From an uncultured Gemmatimonadales bacterium (GTDB lineage Bacteria > Gemmatimonadota > Gemmatimonadetes > Gemmatimonadales > GWC2-71-9), in contig CAWHFW010000001.1 in assembly GCA_963828735.1 (NCBI GenBank), positions 128,001-192,000 on the forward strand: a DNA stretch of 64,000 bases, read 5' to 3'. The translations under genes were made by a program, and so were the position numbers. Positions 9,730-18,968 of this stretch are shown piece by piece. Every line of letters starts with the position of its first letter. Position 1 is the first letter of the stretch. Under the pieces are notes generated by a model. That model was not told the origin of the DNA. It saw nothing but the letters and a program-made list of their open reading frames with translations, and ran no database searches.

Positions 9730-11490
9730 CTACTTGACCCCGACATGCGTGACTGCGGGTGAGGGCTCGGCGATCGGCTCACCTTCAAATTCGCCCCGAA
9801 GCGAGTCGATGAGGTGGCGCGCCCGGATGGACAGTGAAGATTTCCCGCCGCCAGAGTCGACCTGCAGCCGACCCTTTGTCACCACCACACCGAGGTCGGC
9901 ACCCTTCCAGCGGTAGTCACCGGGACCGTAGATGCGCAGGAAGAACGCCTCGGACTCGTTCTGCAGCTGGTGCCAGTCCAGCGCGGATCTGCGGAACGTC
10001 AGCGCGCCGCTGGCACCCAGGGAGTACTGGCCGGTGCGGGGTGTCACGGTCAGTCGCTGCACGATGTCGTCGGTCTCCTTCAAGATCATCTGGCTCCACA
10101 CGTCCTCGGACGCAAGTTCCTCCCACCGCTCGTTGATCTCGTCGACGTCGAGGTCGAAGTCGACGTTCATGTACTCGAGGATGTGGAACAGGAACAGCGG
10201 AACGTCGGCGTAGGCGCCCGCGGTCACGTTGGTGATCGAGGACGCACCGCTGATACGGGGGTTGAGTTCGCCGAGGTATACGTCGTCGGTGTCGGTGTCG
10301 ACCAGGACGTCGACCTCGAAGAACCCCCGGTATCCCTCCTTGGCCAGCCGATCACCCAGTCGGCGGACCAATTGCGTTGCGATACGCCGACTTTCGCCGG
10401 TAAGCACTTCAGGGAACATCTCGTTGCCGCACCAGCCACCACGCATGGGGGTGAGCTTCTTGTAGCCGATCAACTCCGACATGAAGGGGCCGACGATTGT
10501 GCCGCACCGGGTGAGTACCGCCTCGACCGCCACCGGGCGGTTGTTGATGCGGCGCATCACCTTGATCTCCTCGCCGACGATGTCGTCGCTGTGCTTTTTC
10601 CAGTCGGCCTCCGAGGCGATGAAGAAGGTGGTCTTCCCCGAATCTCCGTACGGCGTCTGCACCACGAGTTCGTCGCCCAGCCTCGCCTGTTCGGCCACCT
10701 TCTGCAGCCCTCCCCAGTCCTCGACCTTGGTGAGCACGTTCGGCACGCTCGGCACCCCGGCCTCGTTGCCGAGCCGAGTGGTGATGATCTTCGAGTCCAG
10801 GTGTTCACGCAGGCTGGCCGGCGGCAGGATCAGGTCATATCCCAGTTCCCGACAGATCTCCTCGGTCTCGCTGTCGAAGAACACCATCACGACCTTGGGT
10901 CGCACCCCTAGCTTCGTGGCGCTGTCGATGTGGGCCCGCACCTCCGGGTTTGTCAGCAGCCAGTTGTTGATGTCTTCGCCGCTCTCGAACTCCTGATACG
11001 GCTTCTGACGCGGTGTGAAGACGCGGGAGTGGGCGCCGTCCCAAGCATCGTAGTAGGTAATGTACGAAAAGTTGCGTACCCAGCGGTCCAGGCCGAGCAG
11101 GTTGAACGCCGTCGCGCCGAAGAAGTAGATCGGCACGTCGTTCGTGCGGAAGAAGTGCCGCACCTCGGAGATGTTCTTCAACCGGCGCCGAGCCCCGCCC
11201 GACCCGGAGGCGAACGCCGCGTCGGTCCCGACGCTCACCTCGCGCGGCTTCGATGTGGTCGTCCCGCCGGCAGCCTTCGGCGCTCGGGCTTTGGCGCCGG
11301 TGGATTTGGGCACTGTGGTTGTGGCGGCCGGGGGTGTCGATGCCGTGGCTTTCGCTGTGGATGTCACTCCGGTCTGTTGCGGCACTGTGGTCTTGGCGCT
11401 GGCGCGGGTTGCGGTTGTTGATTCGGAGGCGCCGGTTTTCTTCGCGGTGGCTTTCGACGAAGCTCTCGATAGAATCGGGGGGTCGCTCAT
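9730..11490 (-). CDS. ATP-grasp fold ligase (family often annotated biotin carboxylase-like) with low-complexity Ala/Thr/Lys N-terminus
   Basis: QTPYGDSGKTTFF loop, GYRGFFEVDVL and YLGELNPRISG (ExNxR) ATP-grasp motifs; GAGGTG SD upstream. Confidence 0.75.
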   Translation of the reverse strand: MSDPPILSRASSKATAKKTGASESTTATRASAKTTVPQQTGVTSTAKATASTPPAATTTVPKSTGAKARAPKAAGGTTTSKPREVSVGTDAAFASGSGGARRRLKNISEVRHFFRTNDVPIYFFGATAFNLLGLDRWVRNFSYITYYDAWDGAHSRVFTPRQKPYQEFESGEDINNWLLTNPEVRAHIDSATKLGVRPKVVMVFFDSETEEICRELGYDLILPPASLREHLDSKIITTRLGNEAGVPSVPNVLTKVEDWGGLQKVAEQARLGDELVVQTPYGDSGKTTFFIASEADWKKHSDDIVGEEIKVMRRINNRPVAVEAVLTRCGTIVGPFMSELIGYKKLTPMRGGWCGNEMFPEVLTGESRRIATQLVRRLGDRLAKEGYRGFFEVDVLVDTDTDDVYLGELNPRISGASSITNVTAGAYADVPLFLFHILEYMNVDFDLDVDEINERWEELASEDVWSQMILKETDDIVQRLTVTPRTGQYSLGASGALTFRRSALDWHQLQNESEAFFLRIYGPGDYRWKGADLGVVVTKGRLQVDSGGGKSSLSIRARHLIDSLRGEFEGEPIAEPSPAVTHVGVK

Positions 11491-11506
11491 ACTGCACCTC
11501 GCTCAT

Positions 11507-11522
11507 TGTGGGATACCCCACA
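11507..11522. promoter_or_regulatory. Palindromic operator-like site TGTGGG-ATAC-CCCACA
   Basis: Perfect 6-bp inverted arms, 17-32 nt upstream of the ATP-grasp start and next to its SD. Confidence 0.5.
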
Positions 11523-11905
11523 CTAGTTATGCCTGGGCGGCGAGTGGACATGGTTCAGCGGCGCGGATCGTCCGAATGGTAGCCTGGCCCAATTAGGTGC
11601 GGGCGGCGTTCTGGGCGTCCAGTATGAGTAGCGCCACAAGAGATCTTCGTGCGTAAAGCGATGCTCATATCTCGCTGCTCCTCGAGAGGAGGGTGCTACT
11701 GTAGGCTGTTAACCGTCGGCCCGCAACTGTGCTTTAGTGCGATCCCAGGTCTCCCGCGCACTACCGCTGCGGGCGAGCCTTGGGCTCTTGATAAAGCTGC
11801 CCGCCGGCCGAGTTCTACCTCGGCCGCAGTACCGAGGCGGTGCGGAGTCTCGGACGGGCGCTGTCGGTGACCCACCAGACCAGCGCCACCCGGAACCAGC
11901 CCCGC

Positions 11906-13582
11906 TCAGTACCCCACCGCCATCCCGTCCTTCCGCGGGTCGCTCCCCGCCGCGAACCCCCTGGGCAGCCGCACGATCGCCTGCGCCCCGCCGAACGCGC
12001 CCGGCGGCTGGTCGACGAGCACGTGCCCCATTGTCGTGAGTTGCCTGCGCACGGCGTCGCCCACCGGCGCCTCGAGCGTCACCCGCAGCCCGTCGAGGTG
12101 GCGGAAGCGCGGGGCGTCGATCGCGGCCTGCAGGTCCATGCCAAACACGAAGTAGTTGAGCAGGAACTGTACGTGCCCCTGCGCCTGCATTCCTCCGCCC
12201 ATGAGCCCGAAGCCCATGTAGGCCTCGTCGTGGCCGCTCACCGTGCGGGTGACGAAGCCGGGGATCAAGGTGTGGAACGGCCGCTTGCCCGGCGCGACGG
12301 TGTTCGGACGGCCGGGGGTGAGCGTGAACCCGGCTCCCCGGTTGTGGAGCGCGAAACCGGTCCCCGGCACCACGACCCCCGACCCGAAGGCGTCGTAGTT
12401 CGAGTTGATGAACGACACCATGTTCCCCTCGGCGTCGGCGGCCGTGAGGTAGATCGTCTCGCTCCGGGTCCTGAGCGGTCCCGGGTCCACCCGCGTCTGC
12501 GCGCGCGACCGGTCCAGATGGCTGCGGCGCTCGGCGATGAACTCGTCGGTCAGCATGTCCTCGGCGGCCATGTCCAGATGGTCCGCGTCGCCCACGAACC
12601 GGTCGAGGTCGGCGTAGGCGAGCTTTTTGGCCTCGATCAGGTGATGCAGGTAGGTGGCGGAGTTGTGGCCCATGGCCTTGAGGTCGTAGGGCTCGAGGAT
12701 GCGCAACATCTCGAGCGCGGCGATCCCCTGATTGTTCGGCGGCAGCTCCCACACCCGGTACCCGTGGAACGGCACCGAGATCGGCGTCACCCACGTTGGG
12801 GCGTTCCGCGCGAGGTCCTGCAGCGTGATGAAACCACCCAGTGCCGCGAGCCGCGCCACGATGCGCCGGCCGAGGGGGCCGCCGTAGAAGGTGCCGATGC
12901 CACGGGTGGCGATCTCCGCGAGCGTGCGCGCGTAGTCGGGGTTCCGGAACCACTCGCCGGCCGTGGGCGCGCGTCCGCCGGGCAGAAAGGTCGCGGCAGC
13001 TGCGGAGTCGCGCTCGAGGAAGCTGGTCTCGTCCGCCCACTGTGCGGCGATGATCGGCGAAACCGGGAAGCCGTCGCGCGCGTATCCGATCGCCGGCGCC
13101 AGCGCCTGGGCCAGCGTGCGCCGCCCGTGGGTGCGTACCAGCAGGTCCCATCCCGCGAGCGCGCCGGGGACGGTCACCGACATCACGCCCTGCTGCAAGC
13201 CGGGGCGGAAGCCGCGCGCGCGGAGCGTGTCGAGGGTCATGAGCGAGCCGGCCCGTCCGCTCGCATTGAGGGCGACGAGCTTCCGCGCCTTGGCCAGCCA
13301 GACGATGGCAAACATGTCGCCGCCGATGCCGGTCATGTGCGGCTCGGTCACGCTCAGCACGGCGGCGGCGGTGACCGCCGCGTCGATGGCGTTGCCGCCC
13401 TCACGCAAGACCTCCAACCCCGCCTCGGAGGCGAGCGGCTGGCTGGTGGCGATGACGCCGTTGGGCGCGTAGACCGTGGATCGACCGGCCAGGGTCGTAG
13501 GCCGCTGGCCGTGGAGCAAGGTGGGGGCGGCGAGGAGCGCGGCCAGTGCACTGGTGGCGACCATCAGACTGAGGCGGGGCAT
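11906..13582 (-). CDS. ggt: Gamma-glutamyltransferase (secreted)
   Basis: Signal peptide; GGNAIDAAV, nucleophile Thr in SETIYL, PGKRPFHT and GSDPRKDG motifs. Confidence 0.92.
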   Translation of the reverse strand: MPRLSLMVATSALAALLAAPTLLHGQRPTTLAGRSTVYAPNGVIATSQPLASEAGLEVLREGGNAIDAAVTAAAVLSVTEPHMTGIGGDMFAIVWLAKARKLVALNASGRAGSLMTLDTLRARGFRPGLQQGVMSVTVPGALAGWDLLVRTHGRRTLAQALAPAIGYARDGFPVSPIIAAQWADETSFLERDSAAAATFLPGGRAPTAGEWFRNPDYARTLAEIATRGIGTFYGGPLGRRIVARLAALGGFITLQDLARNAPTWVTPISVPFHGYRVWELPPNNQGIAALEMLRILEPYDLKAMGHNSATYLHHLIEAKKLAYADLDRFVGDADHLDMAAEDMLTDEFIAERRSHLDRSRAQTRVDPGPLRTRSETIYLTAADAEGNMVSFINSNYDAFGSGVVVPGTGFALHNRGAGFTLTPGRPNTVAPGKRPFHTLIPGFVTRTVSGHDEAYMGFGLMGGGMQAQGHVQFLLNYFVFGMDLQAAIDAPRFRHLDGLRVTLEAPVGDAVRRQLTTMGHVLVDQPPGAFGGAQAIVRLPRGFAAGSDPRKDGMAVGY

Positions 13583-13861
13583 CCACGCTCCGTGAGAGTG
13601 GGAAAGGGCGCCGATCGGGCCGGTCGCGAGGAGGCGGCGGAGCGGTGGTCCGCGGATCAGGCGGCCGGCGCCGCCAGGAAACCTCGTCGAATATCGCGAA
13701 GCTGAACAGGTGAGCGTTGGGCATTCAGGTATGTGCCCTAGGCCTGGAACATGTAGGCGCGTGCCTCAAGCCCGTGCCCCTCGGCGATCGGCTGCAGCCG
13801 ATCGGTCTGGTCGGCCCTTATGCTACCGGAACGTTACCGCCGGCGGGGACGAGCCGGACAG

Positions 13862-13896
13862 AAAAACGCCCGACGCGACCGAAGTCACGTCAGGCG
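13862..13896 (-). terminator. Intrinsic terminator after tRNA-Gly
   Basis: Minus strand CGCCTGACGTGAC-TTCG-GTCGCGTCGGGCG-TTTTT: 13-bp stem with two G-U pairs, cUUCGg loop and U tract. Confidence 0.85.
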
Positions 13897-13910
13897 ATGA
13901 GCTTCCGGAG

Positions 13911-13982
<72 letters not shown>

Positions 13983-13996
13983 GGATTGTGCCGGTG

Positions 13997-14025
13997 AATG
14001 TGACCGGGCGCGACAGGAGTGTCAA
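13997..14025 (-). promoter_or_regulatory. Sigma70-type promoter for tRNA-Gly
   Basis: TTGACA-17 nt-CACATT on the minus strand, 14 nt upstream of the tRNA. Confidence 0.6.
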
Positions 14026-14037
14026 GCCGCGCTGCAC

Positions 14038-14974
14038 TCACTTCGCGCCGGACGCCTCCAGGAAGCTCCGGAGATCGGGCTCGCTGACGGCAGGTTCGCC
14101 CGGGGAGACGTTGTCCAGCTTGCCCTCACGCATCCACCGCTCCAGCTCGCCCACCAGCTCGAACAGATGGTCGAACGAGTCCACCACGAACAGCAGCGGC
14201 TGGTAGTGGTCGATCTCGAAATACTGGTTGACCACCCACTCGAGCTGAACGGGGTAGCGCTGAACCAGCGGCGATTCGATCGAATGCGCGATCTCGCCGT
14301 GCGAGCTCAGCAGTCCGGACCCGTACACCTTGTGCCCCTTGCCGTCCGGGCCCCGCATGAGGCCGAACTCGATCGTGAACCAGAAGAACCGGGCGAGAGC
14401 CTGGAAGATGCTGGTGACGCGCCGAATCTTTTCCTGCTCGTCGGGGATTCCCGCGACGATCTCCGCCGCGGTGTGTGCGCAGTCGCCGAAGCGCACCAGC
14501 GTGTCGGCGAACGCCCGATCGGTGTGCATCGGCACGTGGCCGGCGATGTCGTGGAAGATGTCGGGTTCCGGGAGGTAGTCGAGCGTCGCGCCGTCCCGGA
14601 TGGTGATCGTAGTCGGAAATTCGCGGTTGCGGAGACAGTCGAAGAAGATGAAGGAAGGAACATACCCGCTCACCGGTTTGGCCTGGAAGCCGGTGAGCGG
14701 GCTCAGGAAATCGGTTGACGTCCTCGAGCTTCGGCACCTCCCGCGGGTCGAGGCAGAGATTGTCGATCCCCTGCAGGAACCGCGGGTTCGCGTAGCGCTG
14801 CCAGCGGTCCTCCATGCGGGTATACAGCCGGCGCCAGGCATCGTGATTCGCCTCGGAGTACAGCTCGTAGGGTTGCGTGATGTACAGCCGCCCCTCGGCC
14901 TGCGCCTGCTCGATGAACGGCGCCCGAGTGGTCGTGAGACCGCCGGATTCCCGTCCCGCGTGTACTCCCGCCAT
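14038..14974 (-). CDS. phhA: Phenylalanine 4-monooxygenase, split by a 1-nt frameshift at about 14708-14710
   Basis: N-half ...QPYELYSEANHDAWRRL...EDVNRF in one frame; C-half LSPLTGF...YLPEPDIFHDIAGHVP...WFTIEFGL...YGSGLLSS in another; extra T in CGA TTT CCTG. Confidence 0.85.
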
Positions 14975-15000
14975 GATGTTCCTCGCGCAGGCCGCGGAAT

Positions 15001-16449
15001 CTATTTCCGCTTGTACCGCCACGCCGCGATCGCGGCGCCCTGGCCGTCGACCTTCACGTCCTGCGTCGCCCCGTTGGCCACCGCCGGGATCTCGGCATCC
15101 TTCGACGCGACGGGCTTGCCGGTGGCGTCGAGGAACTCGACCGTGATGGGCATCGCGGACGCGGGGATCGGCTTGCCGCCCGCGGTCTGGGCCGCGCGGC
15201 CCGTGGCCGTCAGCGTGAGGGAGGCGCCGTTGCCCGTGGTCGCGAAGTTCGACGCGCGAACGTTCGCCGGCAGCGCCAGCACCTGCTCGGCGGTCTTGAC
15301 GGCGTCGTCCACCTTGGAGCTCTGCTTGTAGCCCTCGCCCAGGAGCTTGAGCGCGCTTTCGCTGAGCGGCTCGATCTCCACCAGCCGCTGCGAGGTGGCC
15401 AGCAGCTTGGGCCCGTTCTGGAGCGCCAGGTACGTGTTCGCGAGACTCGACAGCGCGTCGCGATTGTAGGGTTCCGCGGCCACGACCTTCTCGAATGCGG
15501 TCGCCGCTTCCGCGTACTTCTTGTCCTTGAACAGGCTGATCCCGGCGCTCATGACGTCGGCGGTGCCTGCCCCGCCGCCTCCACCCGCCCCGCCCGGCGC
15601 GGCGCCACCGCTGGCCACGAGTTCCTTCTCGATAGCCTGCGCCTCCTCGTTGCGACCCAGTCCGCGGTATGACGCGGCGAGGCCGCGCTTGGCCTGGGAG
15701 TCGTTCGGGACCCACTTGAGATACTGCTCGAAGACGCTTGCGGCCTTATCGTACTTCTTCGCGTTCAGCAGCAGCACGCCCTGACTGAACGCCGAATTGT
15801 TGCGGTACTTCTGCTCGGTCGTGTCGGTGGTGGTGGCCGACGCGCCGACCGCCAGGCCGAAGTAGTACTCCGCACTGTCGGGCTGTCCCTTGTCGTTCAT
15901 GATCGACGCGACGCGGTAGTACGCGATGGGCGACCCGCGATAAATCGAGTTCGCCTGCTGGTAGAGGGCGAAGGCCGAGTCGGTGTTCTTGTCCTCCTCG
16001 AACTTGCTGCCGCCGTTGACCAGCGCCACCCAGGCGTTCCGGCGATAGATGTCGACATCCTTCGCGCAGTCCGGTGCCATCTGCACCGCCTTCGTGAGCG
16101 CGGTATCCGCGGGAAGGAGCCGGCCCTGGGTGAGGTAGATCCGCCCCAGGTAGTACCAGGCGGCCGGGTTCTTGTCCTGACCGTTCTGCTGGATGGCCTC
16201 GAGGAGCACCTTCTCGCCCTGACCGAGAATGCGCGCCTTGCTCTCGGGTACGTCGGTCTCGATCGCCGACTTCAGATACCCGGCGGCGCTGCCCACCTTG
16301 AAGTGGTTCGGCTTGATGTTGCACTGGGCCGGCTCGTACTTCGTAGGCATCGCCTTCGCGACGCGATCGTTGACCGTTGCCTGCTGCGCGGTCGCGACCG
16401 TGGTGCTCACGGACAGCAGAAGGAAGGCCGACGCGATCTTTGCGTTCAC
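15001..16449 (-). CDS. Exported tetratricopeptide repeat protein
   Basis: Signal peptide; repeated TPR-like helices (AWYYLGRIY, FEQYLKWVPND, FEKVVAAEPYN). Confidence 0.75.
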   Translation of the reverse strand: MNAKIASAFLLLSVSTTVATAQQATVNDRVAKAMPTKYEPAQCNIKPNHFKVGSAAGYLKSAIETDVPESKARILGQGEKVLLEAIQQNGQDKNPAAWYYLGRIYLTQGRLLPADTALTKAVQMAPDCAKDVDIYRRNAWVALVNGGSKFEEDKNTDSAFALYQQANSIYRGSPIAYYRVASIMNDKGQPDSAEYYFGLAVGASATTTDTTEQKYRNNSAFSQGVLLLNAKKYDKAASVFEQYLKWVPNDSQAKRGLAASYRGLGRNEEAQAIEKELVASGGAAPGGAGGGGGAGTADVMSAGISLFKDKKYAEAATAFEKVVAAEPYNRDALSSLANTYLALQNGPKLLATSQRLVEIEPLSESALKLLGEGYKQSSKVDDAVKTAEQVLALPANVRASNFATTGNGASLTLTATGRAAQTAGGKPIPASAMPITVEFLDATGKPVASKDAEIPAVANGATQDVKVDGQGAAIAAWRYKRK

Positions 16450-16452
16450 TCG

Positions 16453-17751
16453 TCACGACTCCTTGTTCGGGGTCTGAAGCCGGGCGGCACCTTCGGGGCT
16501 CACCAGGCGAAAAGCCCGGTCACGCAAGTCCCTTGCCACCTCGTGAGCAGGCTGCCCGGTCCGTCGAGCCAGGGCCGCCACATCCTCGTACTCCGGTTTC
16601 ATGCGGGGACCGTCGGGGGAATCGAGCACCTTCACGCGCACCCGCGTTCCGTCCGCCGCCTCGACCTGCACCTCTCGCCGTGCGAGGGTCACGCGCTCCG
16701 CCGGCTGGCGGCGAATGCCCGCCGTGGTGCTGTGCCGGAAGAAGGCCTCGGCGACGCGATCCGCGTCGCCGGCCGCCACGACGGCTTCGACCCGGAATCC
16801 GGTGCGCCCCTTTTTCATCTGCGTCGCCCACACCTGCACGTCCGCGGCGCCTGCGGCGAGCAGCGCCTCGCGCAATGGGTCGAGATACTCGGGGCTCAGA
16901 TCATCGAGGTCGGTCGAGAGCACCACGACCTCGCCGGCCTCGACCGCCGGCTCCGCGACGATCAGCCGAAGCGCGTTCGGGTACGCGGTCGGGTTCCGGC
17001 CGCCGGCACCCCACGCTCCGCCGGCAATCGCACGCCAGCGCTGCGGCGGCGGCCCCTCGGAGAGCACGCGAAGTAGCACCGCCCCGGTGGGCGTGACCGC
17101 CTCGCCCGTCACGGGGCCGTTGGGGGCCACGTCGATGCCTTCCAGCAACAGCGCGGTGGCCGGGGCCGGAACTGGAATCACCCCGTGCGCCGCACGCACC
17201 CACCCACTGCCGAGGGCGACCGCCCGATGGTAGATGCGGGTGATGCCCAGCTGTTCGAAGCCTTCGATCGCTCCCACGATGTCGATCAGGGCGTCGGCCG
17301 CGCCGACCTCCTGCAAGGCGACCGCCTCCGGAGCGACGCCGTGCACCCGGCCCTCCGCCTCTCCGAGCAGGCGGAACGCGCGGACGGCGCGCTCGCGTAC
17401 CCAGTCCGAGAGTGGGGCCCGCTCGACCGCCGTGATGAGATCGCCGATGTGCCGGTGGGGCCCGTGATGGTCGTGCGAGTGAGCGGGATGGTCGGGATCG
17501 TGATGGTGGTGATGGAGCTCCTCGGCGGGCAGCTCCTCGGCGCCGCCTGGCAGCGCCACATTCACCTTGATGGCCCGGACCCCGCACCGGTCCACCGAGT
17601 CGATGCGCACGGACACTTCGGGCACACCGAGGCGAGCCGGGAGCCTCTTCAGCCACTCGGCGGGGGCGCCGGCGGCCACGAGCGCGCCCAGCAGCATGTC
17701 GCCGCTGATGCCAGCGGCGGGGTCGAGAATGGCAAAACGTCCATCAGCCAT
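16453..17751 (-). CDS. larC: Nickel-pincer cofactor biosynthesis protein LarC
   Basis: GISGDMLLGAL, His-rich HHHHHDPDHPAHSHDHH, EVGAADALIDIVG, PVPAPAT, QMKKGR and KPEYED motifs. Confidence 0.9.
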   Translation of the reverse strand: MADGRFAILDPAAGISGDMLLGALVAAGAPAEWLKRLPARLGVPEVSVRIDSVDRCGVRAIKVNVALPGGAEELPAEELHHHHHDPDHPAHSHDHHGPHRHIGDLITAVERAPLSDWVRERAVRAFRLLGEAEGRVHGVAPEAVALQEVGAADALIDIVGAIEGFEQLGITRIYHRAVALGSGWVRAAHGVIPVPAPATALLLEGIDVAPNGPVTGEAVTPTGAVLLRVLSEGPPPQRWRAIAGGAWGAGGRNPTAYPNALRLIVAEPAVEAGEVVVLSTDLDDLSPEYLDPLREALLAAGAADVQVWATQMKKGRTGFRVEAVVAAGDADRVAEAFFRHSTTAGIRRQPAERVTLARREVQVEAADGTRVRVKVLDSPDGPRMKPEYEDVAALARRTGQPAHEVARDLRDRAFRLVSPEGAARLQTPNKES

Positions 17752-17774
17752 AGACTTATAAATATGGCCGCGGC

Positions 17775-18968
17775 TCAGACCGGAGGCAAACCCCCGGGCT
17801 CCCTATAGAGCCACCCGGCGCCGGTGTTGAAGGCGACAATCTTGTCCTCCTCCCCGACCATCCCGTCCTCCAGGAGGGTCGCCACGGCGGCCAATGCCGC
17901 CCCGCCCTCGGGGCAGAAGTCGACTCCGGTCTCCATGGTCGCGACGGCCGCCTCCCTCTCGAGGACGGCGTCGTCAACGGCAAACGCTCCGCCCCCGCTC
18001 TCCCGGAGCGCCTGCAGCATCAGCCGCCCGCCAAGCGGCGCCGGGACCCGGAGGCCACTGGCGATGGTCCACGGATCGTCCCACGGAGCGCATTCCTCCG
18101 CACTCTCGGCGAACGCGCGGACCACCGGGGCGCAGCCGGTGCTCTGCACGGTGTACATCCGGGGGAGCGCTCCCTGGATCCAGCCCGCATTACGGAGCTC
18201 CTGAAACGCCTTCCACATGCCGATCAGCCCCGTGCCTCCGCCGGCGGGGTAGATGATCGCCTGGGGAAGCGTCCATCCGAGCTGCATCGCGAGCTCGAGC
18301 CCGAGCGTCTTCTTGCCCTCGATTCGATACGGCTCCCGCAGGGTGGAGAGATCGAACGCGCCGGTCTCCGCGGCGTGGGCCCGCGACGCGCGTCCACAAT
18401 CGCCGATGTGGCCGTCGAGGAGGACCAGGTCCGCGCCGAGTGCGCGAATCTGGGAGAGAATGGTCCGCGGAGTCGTGAGCGGTGCGTACACGCGGACGGG
18501 CCGTCCGGCCCTGGCCCCATAGGCCGCTGCCGCCACGCCAGCGTTGCCGGCGGTCGGCAGCACGAACCGCTCCGCTCCGGCCGCGACCGCGCGCGTCACC
18601 GCCGCACCGATTCCGCGCGACTTGAACGAACCCGTCGGGTTGGCGCCCTCGTCCTTGACCCACAGGTCGTTCACGCCAAGCCGGCGGCCGGTCCGCTCGA
18701 GCCGGAGCAGCGGGGTGTCGCCTTCGCCAAGGGTGACGGGCTCCTCGCCTGGCATGAGCGGGAGGAAGGTCCGGAATCGCCACATCCCGTGCCGCCGGCG
18801 CAACTCGGCGCGATCGACGAGGGTGGGCACACGCGCGGGATAGCGGACCAGCCACGGCATGCCGCACCGGTCGCAGACGGTCGGAAGGCCCTCGGGGCCG
18901 CGCCGTCCATCGCAGCTCGAGCACTCGAGCGTCCAGTCGGCCAGGGAGAGGGCGGGAGCGGCGGTCAC
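17775..18968 (-). CDS. thrC: Threonine synthase (PLP-dependent)
   Basis: TLGEGDTPL, KDEGANPTGSFK (PLP lysine), EPYRIEGKKT and FNTGAG motifs. Confidence 0.85.
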   Translation of the reverse strand: MTAAPALSLADWTLECSSCDGRRGPEGLPTVCDRCGMPWLVRYPARVPTLVDRAELRRRHGMWRFRTFLPLMPGEEPVTLGEGDTPLLRLERTGRRLGVNDLWVKDEGANPTGSFKSRGIGAAVTRAVAAGAERFVLPTAGNAGVAAAAYGARAGRPVRVYAPLTTPRTILSQIRALGADLVLLDGHIGDCGRASRAHAAETGAFDLSTLREPYRIEGKKTLGLELAMQLGWTLPQAIIYPAGGGTGLIGMWKAFQELRNAGWIQGALPRMYTVQSTGCAPVVRAFAESAEECAPWDDPWTIASGLRVPAPLGGRLMLQALRESGGGAFAVDDAVLEREAAVATMETGVDFCPEGGAALAAVATLLEDGMVGEEDKIVAFNTGAGWLYREPGGLPPV

